Shown here: piece by piece, positions 19,728 to 28,425 of the stretch
Numbering within the stretch: position 1 is the first letter of the stretch
How the letters are laid out: each line of letters begins with the position of its first letter
Source of the DNA: Gemmatimonadales bacterium
GTDB taxonomy: Bacteria > Gemmatimonadota > Gemmatimonadetes > Gemmatimonadales > Gemmatimonadaceae
Direction of reading: 5' to 3'
NCBI GenBank assembly: GCA_038316775.1
Contig: JBBQAV010000005.1
Span: 598 to 64,597, forward strand
Length of the DNA: 64,000 bases
Notes under the pieces: model-generated
What the model was told of the DNA's origin: nothing
Database searches by the model: none
What the model saw: the letters and a program-made list of their open reading frames with translations, nothing else
Program-made: the position numbers and the translations under genes

Positions 19728-19770
19728 ACGAGGCGCGTCAGCATTGAGAGCTGTGCGCGCTTCGTTTTTT
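19728..19770 (+). terminator. intrinsic terminator
   Basis: ACGAGGCGCG...CGCGCTTCGT stem followed by T-run. Confidence 0.65.
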
Positions 19771-19833
19771 GGGTTCGCGCAAGACGTTGCCACTCCGCCG
19801 CAAGGTGAGCGGCGAGCGTCCTGCGTCGATTCT

Positions 19834-19963
19834 GCCTAACGAGGCATTGCGGCTGTAGAGTGCGAGAGGGAGCATCAGGTTGTGCGCCAGAATCAGGTCT
19901 CGTACGGATCGACCTCGCGAAGCCTTCTACCCTTTCGCTTGCGGCTGAACCTTGACGTTAGAT
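19834..19963 (+). mobile_element. integron attC site 1
   Basis: R'' GCCTAAC (RYYYAAC) and R' GTTAGAT (GTTRRRY), with inner TTGCGGCTG / CGGCTGAA L-box-like arms. Confidence 0.75.
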
Positions 19964-19980
19964 AGCGACGAGAACTCGCC

Positions 19981-20226
19981 ATGGCAAAGATTGAATTGTA
20001 CGACAAAACCTCCGCCTACTACTGGGGACAAATCAAAGAGGACGGCAAAATCGATCTCTATGATCAGCATGGTGCGTATTGGTATGGAAAGGTCAAGCCC
20101 GACGGCAAGATCGAGCTCTGGGATCAGGGTGGCTCTTACTTCTATGGCAAGGTCGGGGATAATCGCAGCGTGGACATGTACAATCGAAGTGGCAACCATC
20201 GCTGGCACGGTAAGGTGAAGGACTAG
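19981..20226 (+). CDS. gene-cassette protein of four ~20-aa beta-hairpin repeats
   Basis: starts 18 nt after GTTAGAT; repeat KI(E/D)L(Y/W)D..G.Y(W/F)YGKVK.DG. Confidence 0.8.
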   Translation: MAKIELYDKTSAYYWGQIKEDGKIDLYDQHGAYWYGKVKPDGKIELWDQGGSYFYGKVGDNRSVDMYNRSGNHRWHGKVKD

Positions 20227-20241
20227 TCTTCATGGAACCCT

Positions 20242-20334
20242 GCCTCACGAGGCCGTTGTAGCTCACGGCGTGGCAAAGCAGCTTGATTGCATTAGGACAG
20301 CAGAGCACCGCAACCAACTTCTGACGCGTTAGAC
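20242..20334 (+). mobile_element. integron attC site 2 (degenerate R'')
   Basis: GCCTCACGAGGCCGTTG resembles attC1 GCCTAACGAGGCATTG; ends in GTTAGAC. Confidence 0.6.
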
Positions 20335-20342
20335 AGACGTCG

Positions 20343-21119
20343 ATGTCGGACACATATGACTCAATTGGCCGATCGTATTCGGCGCGGCGGCAGGCCGATC
20401 CACGCTTGGCCGCGCGAATTGGCGCGTCGATTGGAAGCAACACCACTGTCCTGAATGTAGGCGCCGGCACCGGATCCTATGAACCGGCACGACGCGGGAT
20501 TGTCGCTGTCGAGCCGTCCACCGTCATGCTCCTTCAGCGGCCACGCGCGGCCGCACCTGCGATACGAGCGGTCGCAGAGGCACTGCCTTTTTACGACCAG
20601 GCGTTTGACGTCGTGCTCGCCATTCTTACGGTTCACCATTGGAGCGACCAGCGACGAGGCCTCGAAGAATGCGCCCGTATTGCGCGAGAACGAGTCGTTA
20701 TTCTCACGTGGGATCCAGAGGCGGAGGGCTTTTGGTTGGTACAGGAGTACTTCCCAGAAATTCTTGAGATCGATCGCCGAATCTTCCCTTCGCTCGAGTC
20801 CTTCCGCGCTGTCCTTGGTCCGATCGAGGTGCAGCCGCTGCCGATTCCAGGAGATTGCGTAGACGGATTCCTCGGCGCGTTCTGGCGAAGACCGGAAGCC
20901 TACCTGGACGAAGGGACTCGTGCTGGCATCTCGACGTTCAGTCGTCTTGCCAGTGTCGATGCGCAACTTGAGCGTTTGCGGCGTGACCTGAGATCGGGCG
21001 AATGGAAGCGCCGTAATGCCGGCTTGTTTGACCGCGCCGAACTCGACGTCGGTTACCGCCTGATCATAGCGGAAAGGTCGTCGCGTAGAGCTACACCCAG
21101 CGTGGTATTGACCCTATAG
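20343..21119 (+). CDS. class I SAM-dependent methyltransferase (cassette-borne)
   Basis: VLNVGAGTGSYE, VAVEPS..M, AEALPF.DQAFD...TVHHW; ATG 9 nt after GTTAGAC. Confidence 0.88.
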   Translation: MSDTYDSIGRSYSARRQADPRLAARIGASIGSNTTVLNVGAGTGSYEPARRGIVAVEPSTVMLLQRPRAAAPAIRAVAEALPFYDQAFDVVLAILTVHHWSDQRRGLEECARIARERVVILTWDPEAEGFWLVQEYFPEILEIDRRIFPSLESFRAVLGPIEVQPLPIPGDCVDGFLGAFWRRPEAYLDEGTRAGISTFSRLASVDAQLERLRRDLRSGEWKRRNAGLFDRAELDVGYRLIIAERSSRRATPSVVLTL

Positions 21120-21149
21120 CCCTCCGTTCAATCCCTAGTTTAGTTTCCG

Positions 21150-21545
21150 ATGATTGCCGTAGATGACCTAGACAAGATCTCCGGAGCTCGGCTAGAGGAC
21201 GCGAAAATCCTTCTCTCCGCGCATCGGTTCGACGGTGCCGTTTATATGTGCGGGTACGCCATCGAAGTCGCTCTGAAAGCTCGCGTCTGTAGGACGCTCG
21301 GTTGGACTGATTTTCCAATGAGTCAAAAGGAGTTTCAGGGTCTTATGACGTTCAAGACCCACGATCTCGATATGCTACTTCGGTTGTCGGGACAGGAAAC
21401 CAATATCAAACAGAATCATTTCATCAATTGGAACTCAGTCGCCCTTTGGAATCCCGAAGCTCGTTACCGCCCGATTGGGTCTGCGACGCAGGCTGACGCG
21501 GAAACCATCATCCGCGCAGTTGAGGCATTAGCTAAAGTCCTATGA
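21150..21545 (+). CDS. HEPN domain protein
   Basis: RLEDAKILL..RFDGAVYMCGYAIEVALKA, KTHDL..L, WNPEARY. Confidence 0.8.
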   Translation: MIAVDDLDKISGARLEDAKILLSAHRFDGAVYMCGYAIEVALKARVCRTLGWTDFPMSQKEFQGLMTFKTHDLDMLLRLSGQETNIKQNHFINWNSVALWNPEARYRPIGSATQADAETIIRAVEALAKVL

Positions 21546-21931
21546 ATCAGACCGACGTGCAGCACTTTATTAAGCTCGAACGCGACATCTCCGATAAGAA
21601 GGGCGATTTTACGCTCTTCGCATTGTTTGCGCGAGAAGATCTCCCTGACCGTTGGGATCTGGTCGTCGCCGCGCCATGGGTGAGATCTCAGGAAGAAGGC
21701 GCGAAGTATTTTGTAGAGGAGATACAGAAAAAGCTTGGGTCGCCTGTGCTGAACGTCCTCTCGCGTATTGTCTTCGTGCAGCCGACGGATCCACCTGTTC
21801 GCGCGATAAACGCCGCAATGCAGGTGCAGCATGGTCAAGCTGAAATTCGCGATAGCAATTTCTTTGGCGTTCCGATCAAACACGCTTTTATAATTACCTC
21901 CCGGTCGCCCGTCTCAGCTCCTGCGAGATAG
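21542..21931 (+). CDS. hypothetical protein coupled to HEPN gene (possible degenerate nucleotidyltransferase-fold antitoxin)
   Basis: ATGA overlap with HEPN stop; FALFARED..DRWDLVVAAPW; ends 2 nt before an attC half-site. Confidence 0.65.
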   Translation: MNQTDVQHFIKLERDISDKKGDFTLFALFAREDLPDRWDLVVAAPWVRSQEEGAKYFVEEIQKKLGSPVLNVLSRIVFVQPTDPPVRAINAAMQVQHGQAEIRDSNFFGVPIKHAFIITSRSPVSAPAR

Positions 21932-21933
21932 CC

Positions 21934-21960
21934 ACCTAACGAGCGTAGCAGCAGACGGGC
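21934..21960 (+). mobile_element. truncated attC site 3 (left half only)
   Basis: ACCTAAC-GAGCG-TAGCAGCAGACG immediately after a stop codon; no GTTRRRY partner follows. Confidence 0.6.
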
Positions 21961-22605
21961 GTGAATGTGACGGCCTTCGACGACTTCGCCGGAAATGAGA
22001 TTCTCAGCGCACGGGACTTTCAGGATTATCAGAGCAACTACCTGAATCTGTACGCCGACTTCCGGAGCCAGGCCACGGCGGAGAAGGAGACCATCAACGA
22101 CGACATCGTCTTCGAGATCGAGCTGATAAAGCAGGTCGAGGTCAATGTCGACTACATCCTCATGCTGGTCGAGCAGTACTTGAAGGCAAAGGGAACAGGA
22201 CAGGACAAGGAGATTCGCGCGACAATCGACCGGGCGGTCGCCTCAAGTCCTTCGCTGCGCAACAAGAAGGACCTCATCGAGCAGTTCGTCGATTCCGTCT
22301 CCATAACCGCCAAGGTAGACGCGGCCTGGCTGGCTTTCATTGCGGCCAGAAAGGCCGAGGAGTTGGACCGCATCATCGCCGAAGAGAGCCTGGATGCCGC
22401 GGCAACGCGGAGCTTCATGGAAAACGCCTTCCGAGATGGTGCTATCCCATACACCGGCACTGCGATCACAAAGATCCTTCCGCCCATGTCCCGGTTCGCG
22501 ACTGGCGACGGTCACGCGACGAAGAAACGGTCAGTGATGATGAAGCTCAGTGCCTTCTTCGAGCGGTACTTCGGGCTGGCGAATGGAAACTCAGCCGACG
22601 GCTAA
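21961..22605 (+). pseudogene. hsdR: C-terminal fragment of type I restriction endonuclease subunit R
   Basis: TAFDDFAGNEILS.RDFQDYQS.Y, DDIVFEIELIKQVEVNVDYI, SSPSLRNKKDLIEQF, TGTAITKILPP.SRF; nuclease and helicase domains absent. Confidence 0.8.
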
Positions 22606-22638
22606 CCCTTCTCCCGTCACCGAACTGCGTGGCTAGTC

Positions 22639-23880
22639 TCACAATACCGCCCACCACGGTGCCGCTATAATCCCCTCGGCGACGTGCCGAATTTCAGGGT
22701 CACTACTCAGCAGCAACCCGCGAGGCGTATTTGAATGATCGCTTCTGAACTTTCGTAGGTGCCGAGTTTCCGACGAACCAATACTGCTAGCAGATTTTAT
22801 TTCAACCGGTAAGAGCTGACCGCCTTCCTCAAGCACAAAATCAACTTCTTGCCCGCTTGCCAGCCGCCAGTGGTACAATCCCCTGGCCGGTCCACCGTCC
22901 CTCCACACACTGAGATCAGTTCCAATCAGATTTTCGAGATGAAAACCCGTTGGTGTTGTTTCTCGTGCTGCCGCAAGTGCGAAAGCCGAGTCAACCATTA
23001 AGAGCTTGGGCGCCTTGATGACTCGCTGTCCAGCGTTCCGCGAGTACGGCGCTATTAGTTCCACTAAGTAGCTGCGCGCGAGCGCGTCAACCCACCGGCG
23101 AACGGTGTTCACCGAAATACCAAGGTCCTTTGAGAGTCCGGAATAGTTCAGTTCCTGAGCTGTCCTCGCGGCAGCCAATCGGACGAAACTTTCAAATCGG
23201 TCGCTGGACTCAATTCCGAGTACCTCACGAATATCGCGCCGCGAGAAAACTTCTACGTAGTCGTTCAGCACGGTCATCCGTTGATTCTGAGGGGCGGCAA
23301 CTGCCCGCGGAAAACCGCCGGTCTGCGCGACCTCCCGCCAGTCAAGCTTTCCACTTGCTTCGGCGCGCCGATTCAGTTCCTTCAATACACCCGCGTCTCT
23401 TTTTCGAAAGAGAAAGCTCCATCCTGGATGCACTTCGTCCAGACGCAACTCACTCAGTGTAAAAGGGCGCAACGTGCGGTACGCAGCTCGTCCCAAGAGT
23501 GAATCACCGACGGCACTGCTTACCTGCGGCTGATTGGAACCGCTAAGCAGATAGCGTCCTGGACGCTGATCGCGATCCACGACCGTTTTGATAGCTAAGA
23601 AAAGACCAGGCGCCCGTTGAACTTCGTCGATGAACGCGCCGTCTTCTCCTAAGTCGTGAAGCAAGCCCTCTGGATCCGTCCTCGCTTGCTCGAGAGTGTC
23701 TCTGTCATCCAGCGTGCGGTGCGGTAACCCCTGTTGCTCCGCAATAGCCCGACACAGTGTGCTTTTGCCCACTTGGCGAGCTCCCATTACCGCGACCACA
23801 GGGTAGAGCTTCAGATCCTCTTGAATCCTGTGACGGAGGAGCCTCGGATACTTAACGTTTGCGTTTGCGTCTAAAAACAT
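22639..23880 (-). CDS. AAA family ATPase with DUF4143 (restriction-endonuclease-like) C-terminus
   Basis: Walker A GARQVGKST, Walker B FIDEVQ, LLSGS, GGFP, QEVDFV...PVEIKS. Confidence 0.88.
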   Translation of the reverse strand: MFLDANANVKYPRLLRHRIQEDLKLYPVVAVMGARQVGKSTLCRAIAEQQGLPHRTLDDRDTLEQARTDPEGLLHDLGEDGAFIDEVQRAPGLFLAIKTVVDRDQRPGRYLLSGSNQPQVSSAVGDSLLGRAAYRTLRPFTLSELRLDEVHPGWSFLFRKRDAGVLKELNRRAEASGKLDWREVAQTGGFPRAVAAPQNQRMTVLNDYVEVFSRRDIREVLGIESSDRFESFVRLAAARTAQELNYSGLSKDLGISVNTVRRWVDALARSYLVELIAPYSRNAGQRVIKAPKLLMVDSAFALAAARETTPTGFHLENLIGTDLSVWRDGGPARGLYHWRLASGQEVDFVLEEGGQLLPVEIKSASSIGSSETRHLRKFRSDHSNTPRGLLLSSDPEIRHVAEGIIAAPWWAVL

Positions 23881-23913
23881 TATATTTGCCTCACAGGGAC
23901 AATATAACGTTTT
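23874..23913. promoter_or_regulatory. 13-bp-arm inverted repeat between divergent genes (operator-like)
   Basis: AAAACATTATATT-14 nt-AATATAACGTTTT, 12/13 arm match. Confidence 0.55.
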
Positions 23914-23923
23914 GGGAGTGTGT

Positions 23924-24469
23924 ATGGCAAACGGGTACTCGACCGCTGATCTGCTGGACTTCCTAGGGCATGCCAGTGACAAGGGATTGATGCCAACAGC
24001 CACAGCGACAGCTCTCGGCGTCGCAAGCCGCAACGTGCTTGGCGTGCTGGATGGCAATGAGGATCAAGATCTACGTCAGGTAGACCTTGATGGAGTAATC
24101 AAGCGATTTACAAACAAACGAGCGAAGGACTTCAACCCCTCCTCGCTCAAAGAATACGCGCGAAGAGTGCATAAGGCCGTAGAGTTATTCCTGAGTTGGA
24201 AGGAAGATCCCGCCAACTTTACAGTGAAGACGAGGGCACCAATCACTGCGCGCCGGAAAGACTCTGTAAGCAGGACTGAGTCGGCGTCTGACGTCGTTTC
24301 ACGACCCCTTCCAAATCCGGCGGCCGCGAATCAAGACCCAAACGGCTACCAATCGGCGTTCCCAATCCGCACCGGAGTCGTGGTAAGAATTTCTAATCTG
24401 CCGGGCGATCTCACACCCGCTGAAGCCGAACGCCTTGCAAAATTCGTGAGAATGCTCGCCGTAGAATAG
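23924..24469 (+). CDS. hypothetical protein resembling a stand-alone recombinase core-binding (SAM-like) domain plus small C-terminal domain
   Basis: GGGAG RBS; FL......GL...T...., ..PSSLKEYARRV..A helical pattern; C-terminal FPIR.G.VV.I.NLP.DLT.AEAERL. Confidence 0.6.
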   Translation: MANGYSTADLLDFLGHASDKGLMPTATATALGVASRNVLGVLDGNEDQDLRQVDLDGVIKRFTNKRAKDFNPSSLKEYARRVHKAVELFLSWKEDPANFTVKTRAPITARRKDSVSRTESASDVVSRPLPNPAAANQDPNGYQSAFPIRTGVVVRISNLPGDLTPAEAERLAKFVRMLAVE

Positions 24470-24518
24470 GCGCTGAAGTCGGGGGCTACGCGCACAAGAC
24501 CGATGACCCCAAGTCATT

Positions 24519-26975
24519 TCAGACCACGATGTTGAGCAGGCGCCCCGGAACGAAGATGACCTTTTTCGGCGTGCCAGCAGCGAACTTCGCCACCGTCGCA
24601 TCGGTGAGAGCAGCGATGATCGCATTCTTCTCAGTGATGTCGCGCGCGACCGTGATGCGGCCGCGCACCTTTCCGTTCACCTGAACGACCAGCTCGATCG
24701 TCTCTTCCGCCGCCAACGCGGGAATGAACGCCGGCCACGCCGAATCAAACACGCTTCCGGTTCCACCCGACTGCTCCCACAGCTCCTCGGCGATGTGCGG
24801 AGCGAACGGTGACACCAGCGGCACGAGCGGCATCACCTCGTCGCGGTGCGGCCTGCGCTCTCCCTTACGGAGAACGTTCATGTACTCCATCATCGCCGCG
24901 ACGGCGGTGTTATAGCTGAGGCGCGGGATGTCCTCGCTCACCTTGCGAATGGTCTGATGCAGCTTGCGCATCACCGCGTGATCGGGCACGCCCTCGCTCG
25001 ACATGCTCTGCACCGATGCAAACAGACGGTCGAGAAAGCGCCGCGTTCCTGAGATACTCTGATCGCGAAAGTCGCCGCCCTGCTCGTACGGGCCGAGGAA
25101 CATGAGATACATGCGAAACGCATCCGCGCCCCATGTCTCGATGTACTCATCGGGATTCACGATGTTGCCCTGGGTCTTCGACATCTTCGCGCCATCGCGG
25201 ATGATGTGACCGTGCGCGCGGAATCGCGTGAACGGCTCCTCGAATTCCAGCTGCCCGCCGTCGTGCAGAACCATCGTGATGAATCGCGAATACAGCAGGT
25301 GCAGCACTGCGTGCTCGTTGCCGCCGATGTACGAGGTGACCGGCAGCCACTTCTTCGTGACGCTCTTGTCGAACGGGACCTGATCGTTTCCAACACTCGG
25401 ATAGCGGAGGAAATACCAGGAATTGTCGAGGAAGTTGTCCGATACGTCCGTCTCGCGGCGGCCCGTCTTCCCGCACTTCGGGCACGCGACGCGATACCAT
25501 TCCTCGTGGCGCGCGAGTGGCGATACTCCCGAGTCATCGGGCCTGAAGTCTTCGATGAACGGCAGCACCACCGGCAGATCCTTCTCCGGCACCGGCACCG
25601 TTCCGCACGACTCGCAGTAGATGATCGGAATCGGCGGACCCCAGTACCGTTGCCGCGAGATGCACCAGTCGTGCAGGCGATAGTGCACGACCGGCTTCGC
25701 CGAGCCGCCCTTCACCAGGAAGTCGACGATGGCCTTCTTCGCCGCCTCCACCTCGAATCCGTCGAACACGCCGGAGTTCACCAGCGTGCCTGATTCGCAC
25801 TCGGTGAATGCTTTGTCGAGTGACGTATTCGCATCCTCGCGCTCGCCACAAACGACGCGCACGATCGGGAGCTTGAACTTCGTCGCAAACTCGAAATCGC
25901 GCTCGTCGTGCCCGGGCACGCCCATGATCGCGCCGGTGCCGTATTCCATCAGCACGTAGTCAGAGACCCAGATCGGAATTTCTTTCTGAGTCGCCGGGTT
26001 AATGGCATGCGAGCCCGTGAACACGCCGGTCTTCTCCGTGCTCGTCTTCCGCGTGATTATGTCCTGCTTTTTCGTCTTCTCGCGGTAGGCGTTCACCTTC
26101 TTCAGCTCGCCTGGCTTCGTGAGCCCGTTGACGAGCGGATGCTCCGGCGCGAGAACCATGTAGGTCGCGCCGTAGATGGTATCAGGGCGAGTCGTGAAAA
26201 CGCGGATCTCGCATTGGCCGCCGTCTACGTTCTCCGCTTCGAAAGCGATCTCCGCCCCTTCGGACCGACCGATCCAGTTCCGCTGCGCGGTCTTGGTGGT
26301 CTCCGACCAGTCGATGTGATCGAGATTCTCCAGAAGCCTCGGCGCATAGTCGCTGATGCGGAAAAACCACTGCTCAAGGAGCCGCTGCTCGACCGGCGTC
26401 TTGCTGCGCTCGCAAAGCCCGCCCACGACTTGCTCGTTGGCGAGAACCGTCTTGCAGTCGGGACACCAGTTGACCGCCGCCTGCTTCCTGTAGGCGAGCC
26501 CCTGCTTATACAGCTGCAGAAAGAGCCACTGCGTCCACTTGTAGTAATCGGGGTCGGTCGTGGCCAGTCTGTAGCGCCAATCGACCATTAACCCGGCGCG
26601 CTCCAGCTGCCGCTGGAAGTTGGCGATGTTCCGCGGGATCAGATCCATCGGATGGATCCCCACCTTCAGAGCATAGTTCTCCGAATGGATCCCGAAGGCG
26701 TCGTAACCCAGTGGCTCGAACACGTTGTGTCCCATGAGTCGCTGGAATCGTCCATACACGTCGTTCCCAGTGAACGCAAAAAGATTTCCGACGTGGAGTC
26801 CTTCGGCGGACGGGTAAGGGAACATCATCAGTGCATAGAACGGCCTTTGGGCGCGCTGCAGGTCGGTGTGGTTCGTTCCACGCTCCTGCCAGATGCGCTG
26901 CCACTTCTCCTCGATCGCCGAGGAGTCGTAGGAAAGGGGTTCCGAGAGGTCGTTTCGTATTACCGGATTCGCCAT
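24519..26975 (-). CDS. leuS: leucine--tRNA ligase
   Basis: MFPYPSAEGLHVGN (HIGH), FTTRPDT editing domain, DWCISRQRYWG, KMSKT, VVQVNGKVR. Confidence 0.97.
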   Translation of the reverse strand: MANPVIRNDLSEPLSYDSSAIEEKWQRIWQERGTNHTDLQRAQRPFYALMMFPYPSAEGLHVGNLFAFTGNDVYGRFQRLMGHNVFEPLGYDAFGIHSENYALKVGIHPMDLIPRNIANFQRQLERAGLMVDWRYRLATTDPDYYKWTQWLFLQLYKQGLAYRKQAAVNWCPDCKTVLANEQVVGGLCERSKTPVEQRLLEQWFFRISDYAPRLLENLDHIDWSETTKTAQRNWIGRSEGAEIAFEAENVDGGQCEIRVFTTRPDTIYGATYMVLAPEHPLVNGLTKPGELKKVNAYREKTKKQDIITRKTSTEKTGVFTGSHAINPATQKEIPIWVSDYVLMEYGTGAIMGVPGHDERDFEFATKFKLPIVRVVCGEREDANTSLDKAFTECESGTLVNSGVFDGFEVEAAKKAIVDFLVKGGSAKPVVHYRLHDWCISRQRYWGPPIPIIYCESCGTVPVPEKDLPVVLPFIEDFRPDDSGVSPLARHEEWYRVACPKCGKTGRRETDVSDNFLDNSWYFLRYPSVGNDQVPFDKSVTKKWLPVTSYIGGNEHAVLHLLYSRFITMVLHDGGQLEFEEPFTRFRAHGHIIRDGAKMSKTQGNIVNPDEYIETWGADAFRMYLMFLGPYEQGGDFRDQSISGTRRFLDRLFASVQSMSSEGVPDHAVMRKLHQTIRKVSEDIPRLSYNTAVAAMMEYMNVLRKGERRPHRDEVMPLVPLVSPFAPHIAEELWEQSGGTGSVFDSAWPAFIPALAAEETIELVVQVNGKVRGRITVARDITEKNAIIAALTDATVAKFAAGTPKKVIFVPGRLLNIVV

Positions 26976-27054
26976 TCGTACAAACTAGCCGCTCTGCGAC
27001 GGAGTTTCATCTGTCGGCGAAGCCGACCAAGTCGTTCCACAATCGCTCCTCAAC

Positions 27055-28425
27055 ATGACAGCAACGCCACTTCCTCTCGTTTCCCGCTCCTCCGGCTTAC
27101 TGAAGCCGGTGCTCAGCGCGTTGCAGCATCGCGCACTGAGAGCAAGCGTCGGCTTCGGCTCGGTCTTCCTGATCGGGCTCGGCGGCATCTTCTGGCAGCT
27201 TTATCGCCTGATCCCAGCGACAACGCGCACTGAAGTCCTGGCGGTAGGCGGCGTGCAGACGGCGCTCCTCATCGCTGGGTTATGGATAACGGTGGCACTC
27301 GTTGCAACTGCGTCGGCGGCACTCATCTTCGTCCGCCAGCACGTGAGCGGACCAGCCGCCGCTCTCGCGCGCACGCACGAGGCGATTGCAAAGCGGGATT
27401 TCTCGAGCGGCTACAATCCTTCGGCCTCCAACAAGACCGTCGACCGGCTCACGCGCTCGACGATGTCCATGCTGACCGAGCTCCGCAGCGTCGCCACCGA
27501 GATGCAGGCCTCGGCCGACGAGAACAGCCAGCTTGCTTCCCAGATTGCGAAGGCCTCCGTGAAGGCAGCGGTCACCTCGCGCGAAGGTGCGACGACCACG
27601 AACACATTGAGCCGCGATGCGCTCGCACGGGAGCGCGCGCTCAAGGAATTGACCACCGAGGCGACGAAGCTGGTCGAGGTCTCGGGAGATCTTCGCGAGG
27701 CCGCGCAGGAAGGACTGCGACGAGACAAGGCGCTCAAGCAGCTCGCACGCGACAACAGGGTGCGTCTCGAGCGCACTGCTACTTCGCTCCAGTCGCTCGC
27801 CTCCGATGCGCTGCAAAGCGCCGAGGGCATCGAAGCGATGTCGGCGGCGGTGGATGAGATCGGAGCATTCCTGGTGCTAGTGCAGAAGATCGCCCGGCAG
27901 TCGAAGCTCCTCGCTCTCAACGCCGCGATGGAAGCGGCGCGGGCCGGTGAGCACGGTCACGGGTTCGCGGTCGTGGCGAGCGAAGTCCGCCGCCTCGCCA
28001 GCAGCTCCGCCGAAGCAGCGCAACGGACTACTTCGCTCGTGCAGGAGATGCTCGACAGCGTGTCGCAGTCGCGCGAGGCTACTTCGCACACGCTGGCCAC
28101 GGTGGAGCAGGTCGTCGAGGCAACACGTGCCGGACGCCAGTCCCTGACGAAGGTCGAAGAGGGCACGATCGAAGGTGCGGATCTGAGCGGCCGAATCGAG
28201 AAAGCAGTCCGCGACTCGAACGAGCTGATCTCTCACATGACCCAGGGTCTCGCCGGACTAGCCTATGGAACGGCCGCCTTTTCCAAGTCGATGCACGACG
28301 TCGCGGTCTCGGATGAAGAGCACAGCAAGAGCATCGCGGAAATCGCAGCTGACGCGAGCGCCCTCAAGGATGCATCGACCCGCATCTCGGTGCTGGTCGG
28401 AACCTTCAAGCTCGGCGACAGCTAA
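27055..28425 (+). CDS. methyl-accepting chemotaxis protein
   Basis: two N-terminal TM helices; [37 protein letters not shown] signalling tip. Confidence 0.9.
   Translation: MTATPLPLVSRSSGLLKPVLSALQHRALRASVGFGSVFLIGLGGIFWQLYRLIPATTRTEVLAVGGVQTALLIAGLWITVALVATASAALIFVRQHVSGPAAALARTHEAIAKRDFSSGYNPSASNKTVDRLTRSTMSMLTELRSVATEMQASADENSQLASQIAKASVKAAVTSREGATTTNTLSRDALARERALKELTTEATKLVEVSGDLREAAQEGLRRDKALKQLARDNRVRLERTATSLQSLASDALQSAEGIEAMSAAVDEIGAFLVLVQKIARQSKLLALNAAMEAARAGEHGHGFAVVASEVRRLASSSAEAAQRTTSLVQEMLDSVSQSREATSHTLATVEQVVEATRAGRQSLTKVEEGTIEGADLSGRIEKAVRDSNELISHMTQGLAGLAYGTAAFSKSMHDVAVSDEEHSKSIAEIAADASALKDASTRISVLVGTFKLGDS

Noticed and set aside
24519-26975. LeuS motif variants HVGN and KMSKT
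   Set aside because: Within normal class I synthetase motif variation; gene otherwise intact
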